Below the pieces are notes generated by a model. It did no database searches. It was not told the DNA's origin and worked only from the letters and a program-made list of their open reading frames with translations. This document shows positions 26,517 through 38,700 of a stretch of 64,000 nt of DNA, one piece after another (the stretch's first letter is position 1; every line of letters begins with the position of its first letter). The DNA is from Octopus sinensis (lineage: Eukaryota): contig NC_043014.1 of assembly GCF_006345805.1 (NCBI RefSeq), forward strand, positions 37,200,001-37,264,000, given 5' to 3'. The position numbers and the translations under genes are program-made.

Positions 26517-26773
26517 ATAGGAAATTTAGAAATAGAAAAAGCAATAAAAGTTTGAGCTAAGCAATAACAATTGAATTAAGTTTAGTAAATATAGTGAGTG
26601 GTAAACGAGATTTAGCTAAAGTAATGTAATTATTAAAAAATAGCTAGGAAATTTAGAAGTAGAAATAGCAATAAAAGTTAGAGCTAACCAATAACAAGTG
26701 AATTAAGTTTAGTAAGTATAGTGAGTGGAAAACGAGATAAAACTAAAGTAATGTGATTATATGAAAAATAGCT
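26517..26773 (+). repeat. Two tandem ~128-bp repeats spanning the PLE stop codon
   Basis: aggaaatttagaa...aaaaatagct repeated twice. Confidence 0.85.
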
Positions 26774-27060
26774 GTTAGTCGAGGATTCGAACCTGAGTAT
26801 GTGGCTTTGCATGTATGGGAGAATTTATAAAATTGGAATAAAATAAAATAAAATTAATTAAGTGCTGAAGTGAAATGGGCCAGACGGCGCTGCATGCATA
26901 CAATTTCCTATGGCAACTGTATCGAATGGTTTGCGTATAAAGTTCCATTCAGGATCGACATAAAAAATTTTCTGGGAGTACGTAAGTATGGTGTCCTGAG
27001 AATGGCCGGTATGTGACTATGTATTTGTGTGTTTGTTCATGTTTTATATGTGTTGTATAG

Positions 27061-27156
27061 GACATCCTGACGAGGGGAGTGCCAATTTTAAGTACTATTT
27101 TAAGTACTGATATGTCAAGTATTGATTGGCACATCCCCGAAACTGCTTGTAGATAA
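27061..27156 (+). ncRNA. Type I (minimal stem III) hammerhead ribozyme in PLE 3' UTR
   Basis: atc-CTGACGA-GGGGAGTGCCAAT...ATTGGCACATCCCC-GAAAC-tgctt-GTA-gat: intact core, long stem II, GUA cleavage site at 27149-27151. Confidence 0.75.
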
Positions 27157-27719
27157 TGGACTTCTGTATATCTTATATTTTTGTAAGCTTGTATGTGTAT
27201 TATATTTTGTGTACTATTCGCCGGAATTTTACTCGTGTCTTGATATGCTATATTTTTATATTATCACTATATTTATTCCTCTTATTCTAACAGTTTTAAG
27301 CGTGTTATATGCAAAATTTATATTTATATTTATTTGTATATTTATATTTGTATTTATATTTGTATTTATATTTTTATTTGTATATGATACTTATATATTA
27401 CTGAATTTTTAAATTTCTAATATGTCGGACTGTATAGATATAAACTAGTATATAAGATTTGCATGTGTTTGGTCTATCTTTGAATTTTATGGTGTTCCTG
27501 TGGGTGTTGCTCCTATTGCCTCCCCTTGGATAAAAAAGTGTATATATATATATATATATATACAGATATAAACACGCACACACATATATACTCACATATA
27601 TATGCATATGTAGATACGTATACAAAAACATGTTTGTTATTTCTGTTAATTAACAAGATAGAAAGTGGGTGGGAAAGCTGAGAGATGGAGCAAAGACAAA
27701 AGTAGAAGAAAGGAGCTAA

Positions 27720-27925
27720 TCAACGTATGATAATCTTTTTCTTAATATGTTGCCTACACATATGACATTTATCAAGTACTTCACCACATTTTTTACAAGT
27801 GGTATGGCCACAATGAAAGACCATATCCCAACGATGCTCCATACATATTGTACATATCAGTTCATCACTGAGTTGTTTGTTTTTGAACTCCTGAGGTGGA
27901 TTTACTGTTTTAAATTCAGACCCAT
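27720..27925 (-). CDS. Terminal exon: second C3HC4 RING finger and stop
   Basis: tcatttcag|(D)GSEFKTVNPPQEFKNKQLSDELICTICMEHRWDMVFHCGHTTCKKCGEVLDKCHMCRQHIKKKIIIR*; MIB-type C-terminal RING (CxIC...VFxCGH). Confidence 0.92.
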
Positions 27926-30900
27926 CTGAAATGATAAATATACAAATTTTACATTATGATATTAATCAGAGGCACATCTAAAGCAATAAATATTCAATTA
28001 TAACAAACTATAATATTAATCTGTAACCCATCTGAATTGATAAATAAACAATTTTATGCCAGAATATTTAGTTAAAAAATTAAGAAAATGTGTAATTTGA
28101 GAGAAAATTGCAGTTAAAAAATCCTCATCATTATCATCACCATTTAACATCCACTTACCATGCTGGCATGGGTTGGACGGTTTGACATGGAGCTGGCTAG
28201 CAGGGAGCTGTCCTGATTCAAACTCTGTTGTGGCATGGTTTCTATGGCTGGAATCACTTCCTCATACCAACCACTTAAAAGAGTGTGCTGGGTGCCTTTT
28301 ACGTGCCACCAGCATGGGTGCAATTACACAGCACTGGCACAGGGGCATTAACACAGCACCAGGCACAGGTGCTTTTAAGTGACACTGGTAACTAAAACGA
28401 CAAGCCTGTATGTGTGGGAGATAGCAATTTTACTTAGCTTGACATATCTCATCAAGTACAGCAAATCACCACATCTCCCAGTCCCTTGTCATTTTCTCAG
28501 TGAGGTCCAACATCTGAACATCCTTTCTCAACACTTTGTCCCACGTCCTCCTTGATCTACTCCTTCCACAGGTACCCTCCACAATTAGAGCTTGGCACTT
28601 CTTTATGCAGCTATCCTCATCCATATGCATCACATGACACACAACATCTGATGCCTCTTAGACCCAATTTTCCTCTTAAATCATTCACACTCTGTCATGC
28701 ATGTACACTAATATTATCTTTCCAGCAGAACATGCTAGCTTCATTTCTTTCAAACCTTTGCAAGTCCCCTGTAGTCAAAGCCCATGTTTCACTGCCATGT
28801 AATATAGCTGTATGTACACAGGCAATATGTCTTTCACTCTGAGAGAACAGTCTTTAGTTAACAACAAAGGTAGAAGCTCTCTGAGCTTTGCCCAGCCCAT
28901 TCTTATCCTAGCAACTACTCTTTCAGAACTTCCTCCACCTCTCCTAACTTGGTCTCCTAGGTTACAGAAGCTATCTACTACTTCTAAGGATCCTACCAAT
29001 CATTTGAGAAAGTCTATTGTCTGCACATTTTCCGTGCTTATTGTACCTGCACATTTGCCACACACAAAAACTATAATCTCCATTAATCTTCCTGTGATAC
29101 TGCTACAACTTTTATGTGTCCAAAGCTTGCACTGGGTACAATGTATGGAGTTTCAATCAACACCCATCTTATATATTGGCAGAGCCATCTCCCAAAAGGG
29201 ATTTGTGATTTGTCTGTTTACTTACTTAGTAGGACATTGTTTTTTGCTAAATTAACCCTAAGGCCCTTAGATTCCATATCTTGTTTTCACATCTGAAATT
29301 TCTTCTCTAGGTCAGGTAGTGATTCAGCTACAAGAACAAGGTCATCAGTATAGAGGAGCACCCAGATAAATAGGAAGGGGCTGAGGACTGAGCATTGGCG
29401 AACTCCTACTTGTGCTCTAAATTCATCGCTATACTCATTGCTAACCTTCAGCTTACTGACAGCATCCCTGTACATGGCTTGTACCACTCTTACTAACCAC
29501 TCATCTATTCCTAGCTTCTGCATTGACCACCAGATAAGGGAGCAGGGGACCCTGTCAAAGGCTTTCTCCATACTGACAAAAGCCAGATACAGAGGTTTAT
29601 TTTTGGCAAAGTACTTCTCCTGCAGTTGCCTAACCAGGAATACAGCATCAGTCATGCTCCTGCCTGACACAAATCCAAACTGCATCTCATCTACACTTTC
29701 TTCCTAATTAATTGAGCTATGACCCTTTCTGTGTCTTTCATCACCTGGTCCAGCAATTTGATATGTCTGTAATTATTACTGTCTAAGGCATCACTTTTGC
29801 CTTTAAATAGCATGACTCCTTCATGGGCCATTAACTATACAGATAACTTGGCTATATCCTACTCTGGCAGATGGTGATACCTGATGGGCCAGGTGCTTTA
29901 CTTGTTTTCATATCTTTAATTGCTTTATCTACCAAGCTACTGTCTATTTCGATAACTGAACACCTCAGTTGGGTCTACAGTTAGCAAACTCTCCTCCTAT
30001 TCATTTTCTCCATTTAGCAGCCTTTCATAATGGCATTTCCAAGCCTCTTTCTTCGCAGAATCATTAAATTGCAAGTGAACCATTATCCATGCAGACACAT
30101 TTCTCTCCTATGACATCATGATTTTCTCTCACACACAGTCTTGCAATTCAAAACATTTCAAGTCTCTTCTCCTCATGTCACAGATCATTAGCAAACTTTT
30201 TCTTTTCTGCTTCTCCCCTGGCTAAATATACTTGTCTCCTAGCTTCCCTTCTAGCTATCAGATACAGTTCCCTGCTACCACCACATTTCCAGTCCTTCCA
30301 GGTCTGTTTCTTTTCTCTAATGGCCCTGATAACTACACTGTTCCACCACCATGTTGCCTTCTATAGTAAAGTTAGATATATCAATGTATTAGTATTTTAA
30401 GACATTTTTCATAATTAGATTGGTGTTACAAAAGGCACAAACCATGCCAAATCAGATTGGAACCTTATTATAACCTTATATATAACCTTATTAGTTTTTT
30501 GATTACGTCAAATTATATCCATAATACTTGAGATGTAAACTATGGACTAACATCCAAGATGTTTATATATATATGAGGCCATTAAGAATGAAATGTTTGA
30601 TTTCGAACTGAAAGTTTATTTTACTTTATCTCAACAAAAAGCAATGCAGCTAATCAAAGTATGCACGTAAATTATTAACACAATTTTGCCATTTTATCGG
30701 CAGCTTATTTATGCTGGCAGTGAAGAATTCTGGAGAGCAAGAGGTGATGAAACATGAAAGGCTGTTTTTGCGTCTTCTTCAGATTAAAAAATTTTTCTTT
30801 ACAAGAAGTTGTCTAATGCCTGGAAAACATAATAGTCAGTTGGTGCAAGGTCTGGTAAATATCACATGTAACAATACATTACAAAAATGGTTCTTTTATG

Positions 30901-32748
30901 TCATGACAGCAAAGAGCATCAAGTTTCAAGACAATGTATAATTCGATGCTCTTTCAGTTTGTGTGGTACTCACTTGTCCAGTTCCTTTGCCTTGCTGATT
31001 TGTTTCAGATGGCCCAATACAGTTGGAATCAAAAAATCAAATCTTGCTTCTAACTCAGGCATAGTTTGAGATGTATCCACTTGTACTACAGTTTCCAGCT
31101 CATCATTATCCACCTTGGTCTCAGGTCTACCAAGGGGCTGATTTTCAAGAGTAAATTCACCAGACTGGAACATTTCAAACCATCGATGTACAGTGCGCTC
31201 ATTCACCACATCTTCACCAAATACCTCATTGATGTTTCAAGCTGCCTGGAATGTATTGGTTCCATTTGGATGCATTGGAACTCATAAACAACATGAACTT
31301 TTGATCTATCCATGGGTTCACAAAAATTGATTTACAAGAGAAAACTCACAATATAATCAGACACCATTTCAGAAAGTGATGATGCAACTCTTTTCAAGTT
31401 ACATCATCAATGTTATAAAACAAAGTATTGTTAGGATAAAACATTAGAGTTAATGACTGTTAAACTCAGTGCATAAGAGAATCAGACATTTCATTCTTAA
31501 TGACCTGATAGTATGTTTGTAAGTGGAGGCACAATGGCCCAGTGGTTAGGGCCATGGACTCGCAGTCTTAGGATCGCAGTTTCGATTCCCAAACCAGGTA
31601 TTGTGAGTGTTTATTGAGCAAAAACACCTAAAGCTACACAAGGCTCCAGTAGGGGGTGGTGGTGAACCCTGCTGTACTCTTTCACCACAACATTCTCTCA
31701 CTCTTTCTTCTTGTTTCTGTTGTACCTGTATTTCAAAGGGCCAGCCTTGTCACATTCTGTGTCACGCTAAATCTCCCCAAGAACTACGTTAAGGGTGCAC
31801 ATGTCTGTGGAGTGCTCAGCCACTTGCACGTTAATTTCACGAGCAGGCTGTTCTGTGGATTGGATCAACTGGAACACTCGTCGTCATAACCGATGGAGAG
31901 CCAACCATGTTTGTAAACATTAAATGGTTACATTCACTTAATAAATAATTAATTTTAATGGATACTATATCAGTTTTGATAATTAGTATACCAGTTCAAT
32001 CAACTGCATTGAATTATAGTATTAAGCAGCTGCATATTGCCAAAGCACTAGTATCCTTAATGTAATCCTTAGGGAGACTCAGTATGATAATATATGTAAG
32101 TACATGAGTCTTCCAGAGTCACTTGCATCATTAATAAAATCTTCAGGCAGAATTAGTGTGGTGCAGTGTAATATGTATCAAAGCTAGTTCTCTGAATTAC
32201 AGTCCTTCTGATGGACTTCTATCCAATTTTCTGTCGACAAAATTCTTTTCACAAGGATTGAGTTAATCCAAGGCTCTGACAGAAGATATCTGTCCAAGGA
32301 ACTGCACAGTGGGACTGGATTTGGGACCTCATGATTGGGAAGTAAACTTCATAACCATTTAGCCATGTCAGCACTTACACACACACAACATTGATAACAA
32401 CAGCAGCAGCAATTTAGGTTTCATTAGAAGGTTGGGGAAGGAACAAGGTTTCTGAACGTTGTGATTGCTGACTTTTCAAATATAAATGATGTGGTTCAAC
32501 TCCAGGTCAATGGATAAGGTTTGAATACTCAACAGTTTTGAACATATAGTTGTTTAGGGACAATGGCAATAGATTTTTAAATTCTTCCTTCTTTACAAAT
32601 TTGGTTTTAATATCTAATTTTTGACTTCACCAACACTATTTCAAATGTATCTATAGTAGAAGATACATACAGCGGCACATTGGGCAAATGACTTCTACTA
32701 TAGCCTTGTGAGTGAATTTGGTAGACAGAAACTTGAAAGAAGCCCATC

Positions 32749-32795
<47 letters not shown>

Positions 32796-35700
32796 GATCC
32801 CTCATCTGGTGGTCAATGAGGAAACTAGGGATAGATGAATGGCTGGTGAGGGCTGTGCAAGCCATGTACAGAGATGCCGTAAGTAAGGTTAGAGTTGGCA
32901 GCATGTACACAGAAGAATTCAAGGTAGAGGTTGGGGTCCACCAGGGTTCAGTACTCAGCCCCCTCCTATTTATCATAGTCCTCCAGGCAATTGTGGAGGA
33001 ATTCAAGACAGGTTGCCCCTGGGAGCTCCTCTATGCTGACGACCTCGCTCTAATCGCTGAGTCACTATCAGAACTGGAGGAGAAGTTCCAGGTGTGGAAG
33101 GAGGGTTTAGAATCGAGGGGCCTTAGAGTCAACCTAGCTAAAACCAAAGTACTAATAAGTAGAAAGTTAGAAAATCCACAAATATCCTCAGGAAGATGGC
33201 CCTGCTCGATCTGTAGAAAAGGTGTAGGTAGAAACTCTATAAGATGTACCCAGTGTAAGCTATGGACACATAAGAGGTGCAGCAATGTCAAAGGTAGGCT
33301 AACTGGGAAGATAGTTTTTGTATGTGGCAGATGCTCTGGAGCATTGACCTCCGAAAATCTGCAGAAAACAACTTCCGTCACTTTCCGGGGGGAAAAACTA
33401 GAAGTAGTTGATAGCTTCCGCTATCTAGGTGACCAAGTCAGTAGTGGGGGCGGGTGCGCTGAAAGTGTAACTGCTAGAATAAGAATAGCCTGGGCAAAGT
33501 TTAGGGAGCTCTTACCTCTGCTGGTGACTAAAGGCCTCTCGCTCAGAGTAAAAGGCAGACTGTATGATGCATGTGTACGAACAGCTATGCTACATGGCAG
33601 TGAAACATGGGCCGTGACTGCTGAGGACATGCGTAAGCTTGTGAGGAACGAAGCCAGTATGCTCCGATGGATGTGTAATGTCAGTGTACTTACTCGACAG
33701 AGCGTTAGTACCTTGAGAGAAATGTTGTACCTAAGAAGCATCAGTTGTTGTGTGCAAGAGAGACGATTGCGCTGGTATGGTCATGTGGCGAGAATGGATG
33801 AAGATAGGTGTGTGAGAAAGTGCCAATCCCTAGCAGTTGAGGGAACCCGTGGAAGAGGTAGACCCAGGAAAACCTGGGACGAAGTGGTGAAGCACGACCT
33901 TCGGACGTTAGGTCTCACCATGGAAATGACTAGAGACCGAGACCTATGGAAGTATGCTGTGCGTGAGAAGACCCGGCAAGACTAGTGAAGCCATAATCCG
34001 TGGCCCCTACCTGGGACGTAGTCAGTCCACCTGTGCATACCTTCCTTCTTGTGACACTTGTGAAGACCTGTTGAGGCAAGTGAGAATCGAATCGAATCAA
34101 ATCAAATCAAATCGAACCAAATCAAAATAGATGAACATCAATGGAATTTGTATCCTTGTGGTACCAGTGCCGGTGGCACATAAGAAAACCATCCGAACGT
34201 GATCGTAGCCAGTACCGCAACGACTGGCCTCCGTGCTGAGGGCACGTAACAAACACCATCCAAGCGTGGCCGTCCGCCAGCCCCGTCTGGCACCTGTGTC
34301 GGTGACACATAAGAAAACACCATCCGAGCGTGGCCGTCAGCCAGCCTCGTCTGGCACCTGTGTCGGTGGCACATAAAAACACCATCCGAGCGTGGCCGTC
34401 TGCCAGCCTCGTCTGGCACCTGTGTCGGTGGCACATAAAATCACCCACTACACTCTCGGAGTGGTTGGCGTTAGGAAGGGCATCCAGCTGTAGAAACACT
34501 GCCAGATCTGACTGGCCTGGTGCAGCCTTCGGGCTTGCCAGACCCCAGTTGAACCGTCCAACCCATGCTAGCATGGAAAGCGGACGTTAAACGATGATGA
34601 TGATGATGATATATATATATACTAGCATTAAAGACCCATCGTTGCCGGGTCATAGTGCTAGTGCATGTATATATGTGTATATATATGTGTACATATTACA
34701 TGTACATCTATATATATACATCTACACATAAAATACAAAATACAAAGTTATATCTTGATATCGCTAGTGATAACAATACTCAAAATATATAACAGACTGG
34801 AATTGTTAGCCCGTCACTTGTAATTTCGATCAATTGTATCTTGTCCTCCCTCTTGTATAGAAGTGTGGCTACAATCCAGCCTACCTCTACTTCTGGGGGG
34901 ACATTTTTAATTTTTATCCGGGACATCCTATGTCCCAGATATAAAGGTAAAAATAAAATATTTCCACTTTACAAGTACGAGTCGAGTACTCCCTTGCACG
35001 CTCTGTTGACTCGAACCTTGCTTCTATTGTGGCGAATTTACCGCCTCTGATTAGATACCTTTCATAGTCGCACCAAGACACTTTTCGAAGGTGCTTTCCT
35101 CCATGTATTCAAATCTTTTTTCTCTACATTGTATACTTTATAGACAGTAGTCTTTTCTTTAATTTAATTTTTTATTATCCATCTGGACTATTCCATTTCT
35201 GCACGCTAATTTTATTTTTAATTTATTCTCATTCATGTGAAACCACTTATTCAAGTTCAAATCACTGATGCAAATTTATACCAATTGCTATTTTTACTTT
35301 TGTTATGTTACGATTATATTATACGTTAGTTTGATTTTAATTATTACTTACTACATATAATTCAATTATTATTATTATTTTTATTATTTAAGTGAAAGCA
35401 TCTGACATAAAATAGAGAAATGTTTTTGTTTCACTTTTAACACGTAATACTGAAATAGTGGAGAAGATATGATATTGCTATGGGCTCGCTCTAGGCAAGA
35501 ACTTGAACATTTGTTTTGCCCATGAAAGTACATGGACCCTAAGTAAGGCATGTGTAAAATTTGAATGGAATTGGTTGTGTAGTTCTCAAGTTTTAGGGAA
35601 ACACACAGACAGACAGAGAGACAGACAGACACATTCTCAGTTTTATATATATAAAGATAGATATATATGTGTGGGTGTGTGTGAGTTCTTTGTGTCTGTG

Positions 35701-38700
35701 TTTGTCCCCTTCCACTGCTTGACGACCAGTTTGGGTTTGTTTACAACCCTGTAACTTAGTGATTCAGCAAAAAAGGCTGATAGAATAAGTATTAGGTTTA
35801 ACCCTTTGGGATTTACATGATTCTGTCAAATGTAATGCTTTTCATTCACATTGCTTTGAATAAAGCTGCTTTATTTTGTAGCTTAGAGATTTTGATAATG
35901 TGATTGTATATTTTTAGAATGATATTGTAGGGTAAGTGTTAGAGGCAGGATCTAGCCAGTTTGAACATAAAACAGGTAGAATATTTGGGCCTGATATATC
36001 CAATTTAAATGCTAAAACGTAAAAAAAAAGTACTGGGGTTGTTACATTTGACTAAAATTCTTCAAGGTGGTGCCCTAGCATGGCCACAGTCTAATGACAG
36101 AAACAAGTAAAAGATAAAATTTTTGATTTTCCCAACACTATTTCAAATGTACCTTTGTGCAGGCATTGGGAAATTATGTTTTTTGTTTCTATGTTATATA
36201 AAACCTTGTCTTACAGTTCATTAACACTTTTGATAATAATCTGCATGTGACTGCTTCTGGTGTTCAATAACTGCTAACTTTCAGATTTTAAGTAGTCTAA
36301 ATTAAAGCTTTCTTCCATCAAAGTTTCATCTTATCATCATTTTCATTTAGCGTCCGCTTTCCATGCTGGCATGGGTTGGACGGTTCAACTGGGGTCTGGG
36401 AGGCCAGAAGGCTGCACCAGGCCCAATCTGATCTGGCAGTGTTTCTACGGCTGGATGCCCTTCCTAATGCCAACCACTCCGTGAGTGTAGTGGGTGCATT
36501 TTACGTAACAGACGGGGTTGGCAAACAGCAACGGTCGGATGGTGCTTTTTACGTGCCGCCGGCACGGGCACCAGGCGAGACTGATATAATTGATAACACT
36601 TACTACTACAGGAACAAGGCCTGAAATTTTGAAGGACAGGGCTAGTTGCTGAAGTGGTAAATATTTTATCAATCCTGAAAGGACGAAAGACAAAATTGAC
36701 CTCAATGGAATTTGAACTCAGAACATAAAGACAGAAGAAATGACACTAAGCATTTTGTCCAGTGTGCTAAAGATTTTGCCAGCTTGCTGCCCTAAACATC
36801 AGCTTAATAATGACAAAGTGATTTTACTAAATACTTCATTACTTTCAAAATTTACTGAAACAGAGGCAGCGCATTTCAACAGAAGTGTTGTAACAAAACG
36901 ATTAAAAATAACATACATTTTACATGTGAAATTCTGATAAGAACATAATCAACTAAGTTTATTACTCTTCCTGTTAGCAAAATCCAGAGAAATGATTGGA
37001 TATAAAATATCCCATTTTGAATCAAAACAAACACATCAATCAACATCATCTAATGAGACAGATAAACCTTCAAATATCTACTTACCAAACCTAGTTTTGC
37101 GAATCACAGTCTCTTTGCATTGACTACATTTTTTAATCTCTATCTTAGAGCAACATTCTTCACATATTGTCCTATGTCGGCAGGGGTGGAATTTTATAGA
37201 AACTTGATTATCTCCACATACATAACACTCATACCTGTAAAAGAAACACACACAGACTCACCAATAAAATCATCTGATAACAAATATTTCATTGAATATA
37301 AATGTAGAAAGAATATTTTTTATAATGTTACCATAAAATATCATTTGAAGAGAACATTTTAAATTATTATTAAACCTTTGGAGATGTAGCTAACTGATGC
37401 ACATTTTAAAACAAGACAGAATTATAAGATACGAAAACAATATCTAAATCTAATAAACACAGAAAAATGTATATATTTTCTTTACAGTGCAAAACAACAG
37501 ATTGACAGATCAGCCTAGTAATGGTGTTAAGAAATATTTTCTTTCAAAACACACACATGCTTGTTCGCACAGAGTTAATTATCCATGTACAACTAAAAAT
37601 AAAACATGGAGATTATATGAATATGAAGAGATTCTACAGTAATAATCCATTAAAATAATGGATTATAATGACTGACTGTGAGCAAGCTTGATAATTATTT
37701 GAGGTGTTGTGATTATGTGTAGAGCTAATTGAAATGTTTTACGCAATGAATGAATGGGTGAGTCATTGGTTAAAGGTTAAGCTACTATGTTTTTTCCATC
37801 ACTGAAACGTCAATCAAAACCTGTTTCGGCAGCAAGCAGATGTCTTCAACTTTGATATAATCATGAGCAATGACTTATGTCTTTGAAAATGCCTTTATAG
37901 TTCATTCTATTTGACTTTATCAGTCCATCAGTTTTAGCTATTACCCTCTGTTGTATCTTTTATGGATGGATGTTTAACTCTTTAGCATTTAGATTACTCT
38001 GTCAAATGTAGTGCTTATTTATTGATATTGTTTTGAATTAATCATAGCTTTGAGATGTTGATGATGTGGTTGTATACATTTAGAATGACAATATAGAGTA
38101 GATGTGAGAGGTTAGATCTAGCCAGTTTAAATATAAAACAAGCAGTACATTTTGACCAGATATGGCTGGTTTAAATGGGAAAGGGTTGAATACTCAAACT
38201 TTCATCACTGTTTCATTGTTGTCAGGTAAGAAAGGTATAAAGGCATACAGATAGCGAGCTACATACTGACTACTGTTTAGAGAAGAGACCAACATAGCAA
38301 TATACAGCAGAGGCAAAGTTATAGTATTAGCAGTAACAATCCACTGTATTTGTGGAAGTAAAAATCAACACATAATTATGCATAAAATATAAAATACAAA
38401 GCAACTTGCTGGTGTATTTAGCAATCATTAGGGAATACTTACACTTTTACAAGATATAGTTCCAGTCTCCTTTTCAAATCTGAATTCTTGATGATGTCAA
38501 GTGGTGTGGTGTTGTTTTTGTTTTTATGATAGAAGTTTGCTCCTTGTTTTGCCAGATATCCAGCTACAACTATACTGGACAATCTGTCTTCTTTGAGCTG
38601 ACAGGAAATCTATAATTGATGAAATATATATTTATATATACACCTGTGTCGGTGGCACATAAAAAACAACATCCGAGCGTGGCCGTCTGCCAGCCTCGTC

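Larger units (their letters stand above)
24680..27540 (+). mobile_element. 5'-truncated Penelope-like element: RT thumb, Asn-rich linker, C-terminal GIY-YIG endonuclease, 3' UTR with hammerhead
   Basis: NFLDVTLDL...YINVSSNHP, WFAPPFS, NVVYKC...KIYIRST.DFKQRY..H, CSLC; ends in (TA)n at 27541. Confidence 0.9.
32653..36117 (+). mobile_element. Old SINE split by three nested insertions
   Basis: SINE pieces at ~32670-32790, ~35660-35797 and ~36022-36117 are colinear with the intact family; flanked by a 37-bp direct repeat. Confidence 0.7.

Noticed and set aside
31523-31600. tRNA-like sequences (also at 1757, 10905, 45690-45759, 47500-47576)
   Set aside because: SINE heads: they continue into SINE bodies, several have TSDs, and no complete cloverleaf is evident.
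32607-32652. Possible alternative terminal exon (ag|AT ACA TTT GAA...TAA), with a similar copy at 36118-36154
   Set aside because: Better explained as the 37-bp direct repeat flanking the split SINE; the peptide has no recognisable motif.
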